Assembly (NCBI RefSeq): GCF_009914755.1
Contig: NC_060932.1
Direction: 5' to 3' (one strand)
Origin: the human T2T-CHM13v2.0 reference genome, Homo sapiens
DNA: 64,000 nucleotides
Below, one piece after another: positions 46,747 to 64,000 of the stretch (its first letter is position 1; each line of letters opens with the position of its first letter). Under the pieces are notes generated by a model. That model was not told the DNA's origin and made no database searches. It saw only the letters and a program-made list of their open reading frames with translations. Both the position numbers and the translations under genes were made by a program.

Positions 46747-49742
46747 TATATTTATGGCAAGGTAAATGACTGGAACACCAGTAAGTGGCTACTTTGCCAA
46801 CAGGTGAGTTTCATCCTTTAATCTTCAAGTAATTCAAAGATAATAACTAAGCAATCTATTTGTTAAAAACAATGACATGCTGAAGGCCAGAAGTATATTT
46901 TCAACAAGTGAAAAGTGATTTGGAAAGTGCCAAATAAATAACACAGACTGGGTAAAGATGTATAGTTCCAAAGAAGGAATAATGCCTAAAGTGAGCAACG
47001 ATAGACTTTCAGAAGTTAAGAAGGTAAATTAGAGGCTTTATGTAAAAGTTTAAGAAAGCAGAGGAAATTACAGTAACATCCTGGTAATAGGATCGAAATT
47101 GATAAATATGCAAAGGTAGGTGTCATCAAGGTAAGAGACGAAGAACAGAGGCATAATTTGGTTGCATAACATTCATATGGGGGTATAATGTAAAGAAAGG
47201 TAAAAATGCTCAGATTCTGAAAGACAGGCTAATGAGATTTTATTTTCTCCTTGGGTCATAAGATATTAAAAGTGTTATTGATATTTTCTGTGATATGATG
47301 GAACTGGGTTTACAAAGAAAGACTTGTCAGATGCAAGAAAGGAAATTGGAGGACTATGAAATAATAAATACACAAAAACTACAGCAATAACAAACAAGAG
47401 AGGAAACTGCAATGTAGGTATTTGGATATAGAGTTATAATAAATGATAATAAAACATTCAAAAACATTTATAAAGGGAGTCTGCATATCTCAATTCTATA
47501 AGTTAAGAAAGGAATTAACATGGTAGAACCTTGAAAAATTATGGAGCAACCCTGCTTCTCCTTTTTAAATATAAGCACAAAGACTGTTTTGTAAACATTT
47601 CAAACCAACAGATCATTATTCGAGGCTTACAATTTACCAGGTGTTGACTGGCTGTTATTATTCTAAGACAACACCTGTTGACAAGTAGCTTAAATATTCT
47701 TAGGAAATATGAGCATTTTTTAAGAGTAATTTTACCTAGTCTGATAAATGCTGCAATTGACGTAAGCACCAGATGCCGTAGGGTCATATGTGGGAGGTCT
47801 AGAGAAGACTTCGTGTCTAATGGTGTACTGCACTGTGTTTTGTTTCTTTACTATTTTACTAACTCAATTTGTTATTCCTTAGATTGGACCAGAAATCACT
47901 GTTGCTATGTTTCCTCCAATTATTGGATTTCTGAGAACTTGTTCATTTGCCCCAATCTTCTAAGTTAACTGCACATTAAGATTCATTATGTCAATATCCG
48001 TGGGCACAATAACTGTCAATAACATTATACTTCCTAAGTAGTTACTTACAGTCCTCTTTGCCTCTAGTTGAGTAAATGAAGCATTCTTCATTTGATTGCC
48101 TATTGAAATTCTTATTCTCTCTTTCAGTTGTAGAATGGATTCCAAGAAAATATCTGCCCACAGTTACAACAGTTCTTTCACTGTTGATGAGTAGCGGCCA
48201 GATTTCACTGGCTGAGTTGGTTTTTGTCTTTCGAGAATAGCACATCATCCTTCAGTTCATAATCTCTATGCCACATTTTGCCTTTTTTCCCTGTGGTATG
48301 TTTAATTTTACTTTACAGTTGTGTTAGTTTATGGGACCCTAGGAACTGAAGATTTGTCATGTTGTTCTGGTTATCTGTTACTCTGTAACAAACTTAGTGA
48401 GTAAAAGAATAATGATTTTTTTTCTCCCTCATTTCTGTAGTTTGACTCTGCTGGGCAATTCTTCCTTGTGATGCAGTTAGATGATGGCTGGGCTGCACCT
48501 GGCCCAATGTACTGAAAGATAAACCATCACATGTGCTACCACGAAAACATAATCTTTAAGCATAGAAGACCTTCCTTTGGTTGACATAATAGAAGACCCT
48601 CCTGTGATAGGTAATAAAGCTAATTTTTTAAATTAATCTTGTTTAGACTACATTTAATAACATGCCATATATATCAAAATGAAATTGATAAGAGAGTCAA
48701 ATGAGATGATCAAATGGAAGTATTTTGAAATAAACAAAGATTAGGAGAAGAAATCCTATTAGAATTTCTATGTGAGTAGGAAAGTGAGGAGACTTAAGAG
48801 AGATTTCCAGTAAAACACTTTTGCATTCTTGGGATGCATCTACATTGCCCGAATTATGTAACACTGGATTTGTTTTATATCATTTAATTATCTAGTGGGT
48901 TCTCCAACTTTTCATTTATTTGTTTCTTCCTGTTATTTTTTATTTTCTGTTTATTATGTATCAAATTTCTCATAGTAAATTTTAAGTCCTGGTGAGCTAA
49001 CTCCAACATCTGTATCAAACATGATGCTGTGTATGGCGTTTGGATTTCTTTTCATTTTGAGTCATGTGGGCCTGTTTCTTCAACATGCCTAGTACATTTT
49101 AAAAATCAAATTATCAACACTGTGCATAAAAATTGAACAGGCTCTGTGCTATGTCACCTACCTCTCAAGAGGGTTTACACTTCCCTCTGCTGGCCAGGTA
49201 GAGTGGCAACTGTTTATTGTAATCCAAGTATGTGGCAAGGCTCAGTCTACCTCTGATATATGCCTGAGAATTTATTGTTTTGTTTTGTTTTTTAATGAGG
49301 GCCTTATGTAATCTCTATAATCTCTCTCCTTGTTGTGTCTAATTTCTAATTTAGTTTCCCAAGACTACTCTGCTCTGCTTTTCAGATACTGTTTTGTGTT
49401 TAGCTTCCTATACCACTTGGTATGCAGCAATCACTATGAGGAGAAAAAATGTCACATGCTTGAAACTCCCTTGCTATGGTAAAAATTCTAGTACTTTTAC
49501 TCCAGGTTCCTGCATATGCTCAGAATTGGAAGGTCTTATATTTTGATTTATAAATGAACAGAATATACAATACATATGTTCTTTCAGAGCATAGCATTTA
49601 TTGCCAAAGAACTTGAGAGAGGCAAACACCTAGAAAAGCCTTATTGAGGAAGTAGATATTCTGCGTAGTTGCAACCTGGATAGAGAATACATGCCAACTT
49701 GTGCAGATTGAGAAGAGCTGCACCATTTAAAGGGAGTTTTCT

Positions 49743-50187
49743 GACTTAGTCTGTGTTCCTCTTGAAATAGATTCTAGGACAATGATCTATGGTGAAAGAT
49801 TTTCTTTTCTTTTTTTTAAATTTAGGATGTGACCCAAGGGATCATGAATAGGAAAGTGGATGGGGGAAAAAAACCCAATATAGGGTGTATAAATCAGCAG
49901 GGTACTAATGTAGAACCTGAGGTTCAATTTCCTTGGGGGTATTCTGGGAGACTGTAGCATGCCTCAGAGTTGTGCCCCTTAAGTAGTAAAAACATGGAGG
50001 ATGTTTTTCCTAAGGCGGTTAACCTCCTGGCACTTCCAATCTGCTCCGTGCAAACACTGACTTTACTATTGTGGTCAGAGAAAACCCTTTGGCGGTGGAC
50101 ACAGATACTTGTATTTAGAAACCACTAGAATTTATGAGAACATTGGGTAACAAAGGAATAGGCAAGGCACTTACATCATCTGCTACA
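49743..50187 (-). mobile_element. LTR16C-like ERVL solo LTR
   Basis: ctgggagactgtagcatgcctcagagtt and the terminus ggcacttacatcatctgctaca resemble LTR16. Confidence 0.65.
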
Positions 50188-50571
50188 ATATTCCAGATGA
50201 CATGAAGGCTACCTTGAGGGTTTTATACTGGCTAACACTACAAGAAGTGAAATGAATGGTATAGCAGGTTTCCAGTAGTAGCAGAAATAAAAATGAATGT
50301 TCAGAGATAGATACACTAAAAGTAATGTAGGAAAAGAGTAAATTGGATGATGTACAGAGACCAAAATTTTATGTAAAATCACAGGGTATTGAAAAGATTT
50401 AAATTACAGGTTAAAAAATTTGGGTAGTAACCTGTGTACAGCAGGTCATAACTGAGTTATTGATATTTTATGAGGCATGATAAAAATATTTATTTAGAAA
50501 AATAATATGTCAAGAGTAAGAAAAAGAGAATGGAGAGATGTGCATTCACATGGTACAAATACATTAACTGC

Positions 50572-50935
50572 TATCTTAGTTCATTGAGGCTGCTAAAATA
50601 AAATATCACAAGCTGAGTGGCTTAGAAACAACAGGAATTTATTTCTCACAGTACTGGATACTGGAAAGTCTAAAATCAAGAGGCCTTCAGAGTCAGTGTC
50701 TGGTGAGGGCTCACTTACTGGTACACAGAAGGCCTCTTTTCCTCTGTCTTCATATGGCAGAAGGAACGAGCTAGCTCTCTGGGGTCTCTATCATAAAGGT
50801 TCCAATCCCATTCATGATCTCTGCTCTCATGACCTGATCACCTTCCAAAGCCTCCACTTCCTAATACTGTCACCTTGGGATTTAGGATTTCAACATAGGA
50901 ATCTGGGAGACGACACAAACATTCAGACCACAGCA
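50572..50935 (-). mobile_element. MLT1A0-like MaLR solo LTR
   Basis: Termini tatcttagt and aaacattcagaccacagca; TSD actgc/actgg. Confidence 0.88.
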
Positions 50936-51191
50936 ACTGGTTAGTCAAATATTTTAAAAGTAAAAAGACTGAAATGCTGTAAAAATAAAATGAACAGATA
51001 AAGAAAATACAACTGAAGAAAAAGGAATGGAAGGTCTCATTATGGAGGATAGTGAAAGAGATTATGGTACCTGATAAAAGTTAGAGTGAAGCCAGCAACA
51101 AAGTTGGAGAGATTTTATGGATAAAGATTTGTTTGAATCAGTCTGATGAATCATCATTGAAAGCTTATTATTGTCCAGACATAGCTAGCTA

Positions 51192-51731
51192 CAGTAGTTT
51201 TCCCTTATCAGGGGATACATTTGAAGATCAACAGTGGATGCCTGAAACCATGGATAGTGACAAACTTTAACTATACTGAGTTTTTTTCCTATACAAAAAT
51301 ACATACCTATGACAAAGTTTAATTTATAAGTTAGGCATAGTAAGAAATTAGCAAAAATAATATGAAAGAACAATTATAACAATATACCAGCATCACGACT
51401 CTTGCACTTTGGGGGCATTATTAAGAACAATAAGGGTTACTTGAACACAAGCACTGTGCTGTCTCTACAGTGGATCCAGTAACCCACGTGGCCACTAAAT
51501 GACTAATAGGCAGGCAGAGTATAAGTGCAAAGACACTGGACAAAGGGACCATTCACATCACAGCTGGATGGAAGAGGATGGCATGAGATTTCATCATGCT
51601 AATTAGAATGGCACACAATTTAGAACTTATGAATTATTTCTGGAATTTTCTATATAATATTTTCAGACCATGATTGACCTCGGATGACTGAAAACATGGA
51701 AAGTAAAACTGTATGTAAGGGGCCAACACTA
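51192..51731 (+). mobile_element. MER44B-like (Tigger7 derivative)
   Basis: Starts TA-cagtagttttcccttatc; contains cagtggatgcctgaaacc and atacctatgacaaagtttaatttata; about 540 bp with TA flanks. Confidence 0.82.
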
Positions 51732-52605
51732 TACTGATATTTGTATGACATATAAAAACTGTCTTGATTATACAAAACTCGATCTTTTTGGAGAAATGAC
51801 ATTTATTAGAATTTTTCCATATGTTGGTGTAATTACAAAGAGAAAGAGAACAGAAAGTAAGGCAGACATCTCCCAAGCTAGAAGTTATCAGGATAATTTA
51901 TATAATTGTACGTTGTTACAATGGCATATAAACTATTTTTTTAGATCATTTACTTACTCAACTGGTTTTCTCCCACATTTGGCTGGAAACCCAAGTTGTT
52001 GGATTTTTCCCTGTTCTTGGGACTTAGGCACTTGTTCAGTTTTGCTCTAACCTTCAGTTTACTGTGTAATAAATTTTCTTATGTCAACGTTATTGGGGAC
52101 AATATATAGCACTTATCTTGTACTCTGTAAGATTGACTTAGTCCTTATCCTTTCTCACATAATCTGGTCAAAGTTTTTAGTACACCTTTTATGTGATTAT
52201 CTGTTGCTACTTTTCTTAAGTTACAGAATACATTCCAATCAATGCCGGACCCATGATGCTGACAGTAAAATCTCTGCCTATGGGCTCTGGCTAGGTGTTG
52301 CTGGCTGGACTGGCTTATGTTTTCTGACACTGGCACATGCAACAATTTCTTATTTCTGTGCCCAACTTTGTCTTCTTTCTGTTTCTCTATGAAGACTTTT
52401 TTGTTTTCTTTGTGAAGATTAGGTGCTGAAACTTTAATAAACAGAGATGGCTGGTCACTCTTCATCTCCTTATTAGAACTTTTTAAAAGCACAGGAAAGA
52501 ACTCAATGTATGAATCTAAAAAATTTAAGCAATGCTATAAATTAAACATTAAGTCAATTAAGTCAGTTTAATTTAGCTTGAGTTCCTCACTCATACACTA
52601 CCCCA

Positions 52606-52606
52606 C

Positions 52607-52669
<63 letters not shown>
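52606..52669. repeat. (CA)n(CT)n compound microsatellite
   Basis: Read directly. Confidence 0.95.
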
Positions 52670-52671
<2 letters not shown>

Positions 52672-52888
52672 AGAAATAATAGGCAGCATGTTTCTTACAG
52701 AAAAAGAAAAGTGGGATTAAATGAGCAATGACTATAATTTGGAGGAACTGAAGCTTGCAAGAAATATGCTGAAACTTCATTAAGGACAAGGTAGGAAGAT
52801 CTTTACAATATAAAGGTGGCAGTAGTTTCTGAAATGTGGGGAGAAATTGAGGCAATAGTTTATTTAACATTAGTAACTTCTTTCTCAC

Positions 52889-55175
52889 TCATATGGTTTG
52901 GCTCTGTGTCCTCTCCCAAATCTCATCTTGTAGCTCCCCTAATTCCCATGTGTTATGGGAGATACCTGGTGGGAAATGACTGAATTACGGAGGTGGGTTT
53001 TTCCTGTGCTGTTCTCATGATAGTGAATGGGTCTCATGAGATCTTATGGTTTTAAAAATGAGAGTTGCCCTGCACAAGCTCTCTTTTTGCCTCCTGCCAT
53101 CCACATAAGATGTAACTTGCTCCTCTGTGCCTTCTGCCATGATTGCAAGGCCTCTCCAGTCATGTGGGACTGTAAGTTCAATAAATCTCTTTCTTTTGTA
53201 AATTGCCCAGTCTCGGGTATGTCTTTATCAGTGGCATGAAAACAGACTAATACAGTACATTGGTACCAGGAGTGGGGCGCTGCTGAAAAGGTACCAGAAA
53301 ATGTGGAAGCCACTTTGGAACTGGGTAACAGGCAGGGGTTGAAACAGTTTGGAGGGCTCAGAAGAAGACAGGAAAATGTGGGAAAGTTTGGAACTCCCTA
53401 GACATTTGTTGAATGGCTTTGACCAAAATGCTAATAATGATATGGACAATGAAATCCAGGCTGAGGTGGTCTCAGATGGAGATAAGAAACTTGTTGGGAA
53501 CTGGAGCAAAGGCGACTCATGTTTTAGCAAAGAGACTGGCAGCATTTTGCCCTTGCCTTAGAGATTTGTGAAACTTTAAGAGAGATGATTTAGGGTATCT
53601 GGTGGAAGAAATTTCTAAGCAGCAAAGCATTCAAGAGGTGATTGGATGCTGTTAAAGTCATTCAGTTTCAAAAGGGAAATAGAGCATAAAACCTTGGAAA
53701 ATTTGCAGCCTGACAATGCAATAGAAAAGAAAATCTCATTTTCTGAGGAAAAATTCAAGCCAGCTACAGATATTTGCATAAGTAATGAGGAGCCAAATGT
53801 TAACCACCAAGACAATGAGGAAAATGTCTCCAGAGTATCTCAGAGACCTTTGCAGCAGCCATTCCCATCACAGGCCCAAAGGCCTAGGAGGAAAAAATGG
53901 TTTTGTGGGCCGGGCCCAGGGTCCCAGTGCTGTATGCAGCCTAGGGACTTGGTGCCTTGCTTCCCAGCCACTCCAGCCATTTCCGAAAGGGGCCAGTATA
54001 GAGCTTGGGCCATGGCTTCAGAGGGTGCCAAGCCTTGGCAGCTTCCACATGGTGTTGAGTGTGTGAGTGCACAGAAATCAAGCATTGAGGTTGGAACCTC
54101 CACCTAGATTTCAGAAGATGTGTGAAAACACCTGGATGCCCAGGCAGAAGTTTGCTGTAGGGGCAGGGTCCTCATGGAGAACCTCTACTAGAGCAGTGCA
54201 GAAGAGAAATGTGAAGTGGGAGCCCCCACACAGAGTCCCCACTGGGGCACTGCCCAGTGGAGCTGTGAGAGGAAGGCCACCATCCTCCAGACCCCATAAT
54301 GGTAGATCCACTGACAGCTTGTACCATGTGCTAGGAAAAGCCACAGACACTCAATGACAGCCTGTGAAGGCAGCTGGGAGGGAGACTGTACCCTGCAAAG
54401 CCAGAGGGGCGGAGCTGCCCAAGACTATGGGAAGCTACCTCTTACATCAGCGTGACCTGGATATGAGACCTGGAGTCAAAGGAGATCATTTTGGAGCTTT
54501 AAGATTTGACTGTCCCAATGGATTTTGGACTTGCATGGGGCCTGTAGCCACTTCATTTTAGTCAATTTCTCCCATTTGGAATGGCTGTACTTACCAATGC
54601 CTGTACCCTGATTGTATCTAGGAAGTAACTAACTTGCTTTTGATATTAGAGGCTCACAGACAGAAAGGACTTGCTTTGTCTTAGATGACACTTTGGACTG
54701 TGGACTTTTGAGTAAATGCTGAAATGAGTTGAGACTTTGGGGGACTATTGGGAAGGCATGATTAATTTTGAAATGTAAAGATATGAGATTTGGGAGGGGC
54801 CGTGGGTGGAATGATATGGTTTAGCTCTGTGTCCCCAGTGAAATCTCATCTTGTAGCTCCCATAATTCCCATGTGTTATGGGAGGGACCTAGTGGGAGAT
54901 GAATGAATTATGTGGGCAGGTTTTTCCCATGCTGTTCTTGTCATAGTGAATGGGTCTCATGAGATCTGATGGTTTTAAAAACAGGAGTTGCCCTGCACAC
55001 GCTCTTTTTGCCTGCTGCCATCCAGGTGAGATGTGACTTTCTCCTCCTTCCCTTCTGCCATGATTGTAAGGCCTCCCCAGCCACGTGGAACTATAATTCC
55101 AATAATCCTCTCTCTTTTGTAAATTGTCCAGTCTTGGGTATGTCTTTATCAACAGCATGAAAATGGACTAATACA
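52889..55175 (+). mobile_element. Complete THE1A MaLR: 5' LTR 52889-53254, internal region 53255-54811, 3' LTR 54812-55175
   Basis: Two similar ~365-bp LTRs ending gactaataca. The internal region starts gtacattggtaccagg, has a purine-rich tract before the 3' LTR, and encodes fragmented MaLR peptides. TSD ctcac/cttac. Confidence 0.95.
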
Positions 55176-57196
55176 CTTACTCTCTTAAAAATTAAAAATC
55201 CAAATATCAGAAATGCTGCTTTCAAATATAAGAATAAGAGGAACAAACAATAAACTATCAATAAAATAAAATAAAATGTAGGTAAGTTAACTGTTGAGGG
55301 AGAAAAAAATGACCTTAGTTCTCTCCAGAGTCATTCCTGCTAAGTTGGAAAGCTCAGGGTGTTCTGCAGAAGTCTCACCACTAAGGGAATCAAGGTGTCT
55401 GTAACTTCTTATCCTGCTTTGGATTGGCCTCCTACTCCATTTCACTGTCTTTGCCTCTCCTCAGAAAAGAGGTCATCAGAGTCTGTCCTTTGACTGTATC
55501 TGGCAAGTTGGGTAAAACATTAAAGAAAATGAAGAAGATGGCTCATTTAAGAGGAAATGAAGATGTTAGAGAGAATCTGCATATTGAAGTAAGAAAAAAA
55601 TAGTGATGCTTTAGAGTTTCTTCATTATCAAGAAGAAAATCAATAAAAATAAATTGTGTGACCAACAATCAAAGGATAAAAGCCACAAAAACCAAAAATA
55701 TCAAGCCAAAATACAGACAGTGATATTGAGCTTTTTTGGCCATGTGATTAATCCTATTAGGAAACAGGGAAAAATGCTATGCTATCAGTACACTACTAAA
55801 GATAACCTGGCTGAGATGGTATTGTATGTGACAAGAAAATTACACAATGTAGATTTATTAAAAATGAAATTGTAGGAGTCACTTATCAGTTCAGGAAAGC
55901 TCCCTTGGAAGTTAGGTGATGGCACTGGTTTTATTAACACCAATACCTGTCATTTTTTCTTCCAATATTTCATATGGTCTTTCCTCTGAAATGTCTTTTA
56001 TTTCATAATTTTAAGGGGACACATTAGTAAAAGCCTGCCTATGCTGCTGAATGGCAAAGATACTAAGAGAGGAATCACAACTGATAGAAAAGATTTTGTA
56101 ATCATTTTTAACTCAGGAGCTGGTAACTGAATAACTGTGATGACAAAAGCTAAGGTGATGATAATTGAAGAACATGATTCAATGAAATTACAGCCTATAT
56201 TTCAATCCGATCCTTAGTGAATACATTAAATATACAGGATAACTCCAGTGTGAAGTCATAGGCAATCTCCATAATGTTTCTACCATTGCTTGCACATCTC
56301 AATTGGGCTTGGTTCCACCACATAAAATTATTGCAGCTAAACATTAAAAAGGTAAAACATTTGAAGAAGGCCAGTTTTCTTCCTTCTACTCCCAGTAGAA
56401 CGGATGTATGGCACTTTCTGAATATTTTGGGGGAAAATGAATGGATGAGAATGGAATCAGTGAGCTAAGACTTGGAAGTATTCTTAACTCATAAAGAAAT
56501 CACGCTAGAGTATAATAAACATTGTGCCAGGTACCAAGTAGACAGCTATGACTAATTGTGCTCAGAAACTCACATATACATGAAACAATATATAACACAG
56601 TGATATGAGGAAGGTATAAACAAGGAGCCATAGGAAGACCCAGAAAATAATTCCTTTGAAGAAGTTAATTTGTGGAAGAAACTTTGTATTATATAAGATT
56701 TGATTTGTATTTGCCATTTAACCTCATTTAGCCTTAAATTTCTCTCCCATAAAGTGGGAATAATATTAGTAATTGCCTTTCACACAGGATTTGCAAATAA
56801 CTCAGGATGAAAACTGAAAATTCTTTATAATGTGGAAAGAACTACGCACATTTCCAATTGTATTCACATGTTGTTCTAGCAAAGAAATTATATTTATTTT
56901 GTTCCCAAGTAGGATTATGAAATGATATGAGAATATGAAATAATTTTGGGGTAATGTGGGTCAATGAATGCTTGTTACAGTTTTTTTCTCATTAGTGTCT
57001 TCAATGTGTGTTTCAAATTACTTTCACTTTGAAGGTTTTGCAATCTATAATGAAAAAAGAACTTGCTTCTTTCAAACAGTTTCAAGGAAAAAAAACCATT
57101 GTCAATTTCTTGTGTGCCACATAATCTTTCTCCTGTGTTTCTTGAAGTTTGTCTTCTCTCTTTATTCTGCAACTTTTAGATAATATTATCAGAACC

Positions 57197-58100
57197 GGGG
57201 GGGAGGAGCCAAGATGGCCAAATAGGAACAGCTCCGGTCTACAGCTCCCAGCATGAGCGACGCAGAAGACGGGTGATTTCTGCATTTCCATCTGAGGTAC
57301 CGGGTTCATCTCACTAGGGAGTGCCAGACAGTGGGCGCAGGTCAGTGGGTGCAGACACCGTGCGCAAGCCAAAGCAGGGCGAGGCATTGCCTCACCTGGG
57401 AAGCGCAAGGGGTCAGGGAGTTCCCTTTCTGAGTCAAAGAAAGGGGTGACGGACGCACCTGGAAAATCGGGTCACTCCTACCCGAATACTGCGCTTTTCT
57501 GACGGGCTGAAAAAACGGCGCACCGCGAGATTATATCCTGCACCTGGCTCGGAGGGTCCTACGCCCACGGAGTCTCGCTGATTGCTAGCACAGCAGTCTG
57601 AGATCAAAGTGCAAGGCGGCAGCGAGGCTGGGGGAGGGGCGCCCGCCATTGCCCAGGCTTGCTTAGGTAAACAAAGCAGCCGGGAAGCTCAAACTGGGTG
57701 GAGCCCACCACAGCTCAAGGAGGCCTGCCTGCCTCTGTAGGCTCCACCTCTGGGGGCAGGGCACAAACAAAAAGACAGCAGTAACCTCTGCAGACTTAAA
57801 TGTCCCTGTCTGACAGCTTTGAAGAGAGCAGTGGTTCTCCCAGCAGGCAGCTGGAGATCTGAGAACGGGCAGACTACCTCCTCAAGTGGGTCCCTGACCC
57901 CTGACCCCCAAGCAGCCTAACTGGGAGGCACCCCCCAGCAGGGGCACACTGACACCTCACATGGCAGGGTACTCCAACAGACCTGCAGCTGAGGGTCCTG
58001 TCTGTTAGAAGGAAAACTAACAAACAGAAAGGACATCCACACCAAAAACCCATCTGTACATCACCATCATCAAAGACCAAAAGTAGATAAAACCACAAAG
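57197..58100. promoter_or_regulatory. L1 5' UTR bidirectional (sense and antisense) CpG-rich promoter
   Basis: YY1 core caagatggcc at 57210-57219; the most extended CpG-rich tract in the window. Promoter function is inferred from the family. Confidence 0.75.
57434..57649 (-). CDS. ORF0: L1 ORF0, intact 71-aa antisense ORF
   Basis: MAGAPPPASLPP...GVTRFSRCVRHPFL matches primate L1 ORF0 in length, position and sequence. Confidence 0.8.
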   Translation of the reverse strand: MAGAPPPASLPPCTLISDCCASNQRDSVGVGPSEPGAGYNLAVRRFFSPSEKRSIRVGVTRFSRCVRHPFL

Positions 58101-59117
58101 ATGGGGAAAAAACAGAACAGAAAAACTGGAAACTCTAAAAAGCAGAGCGCCTCTCCTCCTCCAAAGGAACGCAGTTCCTCACCAGCAATGGAACAAAGCT
58201 GGATGGAGAATGACTTTGACGAGCTGAGAGAAGAAGGCTTCAGACAATCAACTTACTCTGAGCTACGGGAGGACATTCAAACCAAAGGCAAAGAAGTTGA
58301 AAACTTTGAAAAAAATTTAGAAGAATGTATAACTAGAATAACCAATACAGAGAAGTGCTTAAAGGAGCTGATGGAGCTGAAAACCAAGGCTCGAGAATGA
58401 CGTGAACAATGCAGAAGCCTCAGGAGCCGATGCGATCAACTGGAAGAAAGGGTATCAGCGATGGAAGATGAAATGAATGAAATGAAGTGAGAAGGGAAGT
58501 CTAGAGAAAAAAGAATAAAAAGAAATGAGCAAAGCCTCCAAGAAATATGGGACTATGTGAAAAGACCAAATCCACATCTGATTGGTGTACCTGAAAGTGA
58601 TGGGGAGAATGGAACCAAGTTGGAAAACACTCTGCAGGATATTATCCAGGAGAACTTCCCCAATCTAGCAAGGCAGGCCAACGTTCAGATTCAGGAAATA
58701 CAGAGAACGCCACAAAGATACTCCTCGAGAAGAGCAACTCCAAGACACATAATTGTCAGATTCACCAAAGTTGAAATGAAGGAAAAAATGTTAAGGGCAG
58801 CCAGAGAGAAAGGTCGGGTTACCCTCAAAGGGAAGCCCATCAGACTAACAGCGGATCTCTCAGCAGAAACTCTACAAGCCAGAAGAGAGTGGGGGCCAAT
58901 ATTCAACATTCTTAAAGAAAAGAATTTTCAACCCAGAATTTCATATCCAGCCAAACTAAGCTTCACAAGTGAAGGAGAAAGAAAATACTTTACAGACAAG
59001 CAAATGCTGAGAGATTTTGTCACCACCAGGCCTGCCTTACAAGAGCTCCTGAAGGAAGTGCTAAACATGGAAAGGAATAACCGGTACCAGCTGCTGCAAA
59101 ATCATGCCAAAATGTAA
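58101..59117 (+). pseudogene. ORF1: L1 ORF1p, disrupted
   Basis: MGKKQNRKTGNSK...QNHAKM with premature TGA at 58398-58400 and 58488-58490. Confidence 0.93.
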
Positions 59118-59180
59118 AGACCATCAAGACTAGGAGGAAACTGCGTCAACTAACGAGCAAAATAACCAGCTAACATCATA

Positions 59181-62999
<3,819 letters not shown>

Positions 63000-63330
63000 A
63001 CAATGAGATCACATGGACACAGGAAGGGGAATATCACACTCTGGGGACTGTTGTGGGGTGGTGGGAGGGGGCAGGGATAGCATTGGGAGATATACCTAAT
63101 GCTAGATGACGAGTTAGTGGGTGCAGCGCACCAGCATGGCACATGTATACATATGTAACTAACCTGCACAATGTGCACATGTACCCTAAAACCTAAAAAT
63201 ATAATAAAAAAAAAAAATAAAAAAATATTATCAGAACCACACTAACTACATAGGTTCAATAAACTCAGTTTTATTGAGAAGAAGTAGAAATGTATGCAAT
63301 TTTAAAAATAAAAATAAACTCTCGACCTAG

Positions 63331-63704
<374 letters not shown>

Positions 63705-64000
63705 TCACTGAAGACTATAATAAAGACCAACTCTATTTACATTAGGAAGCAATATTCCATAATGAATAATAGTATCATGTTTTGCGTCATAGGATGATGC
63801 TAAACTTCTTGCTACAGCACTTAGTAACTATGTGATATTGGGTAATTTGTTTATTCTCTTTAATTATACAATTGTGATAATACTTCAAAATGTTGCTTTA
63901 CAGTTTACATTTATAACCTTCAACAAATACTTATTTGGCACCTATTTGTTCATTATTCTTCTAGGCACAGTACATCCAGCAATGCACAACATAGATAAAG

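Noticed and set aside
53349-54561. Cluster of overlapping ORFs
   Set aside because: These are fragments of the decayed THE1 internal ORF and its antisense frames.

Overview
This is an AT-rich, CpG-poor, repeat-dense primate (hominine-like) intergenic or deep-intronic window. I cannot support any host protein-coding gene, RNA gene or novel multi-gene system; every recognisable long ORF derives from LINE-1, Alu or MaLR. The main contents are a full-length L1PA2-type element (57197-63223) with a 15-bp TSD, broken ORF1/ORF2 and an intact antisense ORF0; several older L1s, mostly on +; about a dozen Alus; a two-LTR THE1A element; solo LTRs (THE1, MLT1, MLT2, LTR10 with an AP-1 repeat array, LTR16); a near-complete Tigger1; MER1B and MER44B. 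The most interesting signals are fossil repair and insertion events: a ~330-bp local segment copied into a MER1B, a young L1 3' end fused in register into an older L1, an internal L1 duplication, a short dispersed duplication and interlocking fold-back palindromes. There are also a few unverified splice-site candidates. Subfamily names come from recalled consensus sequences, not a database search.
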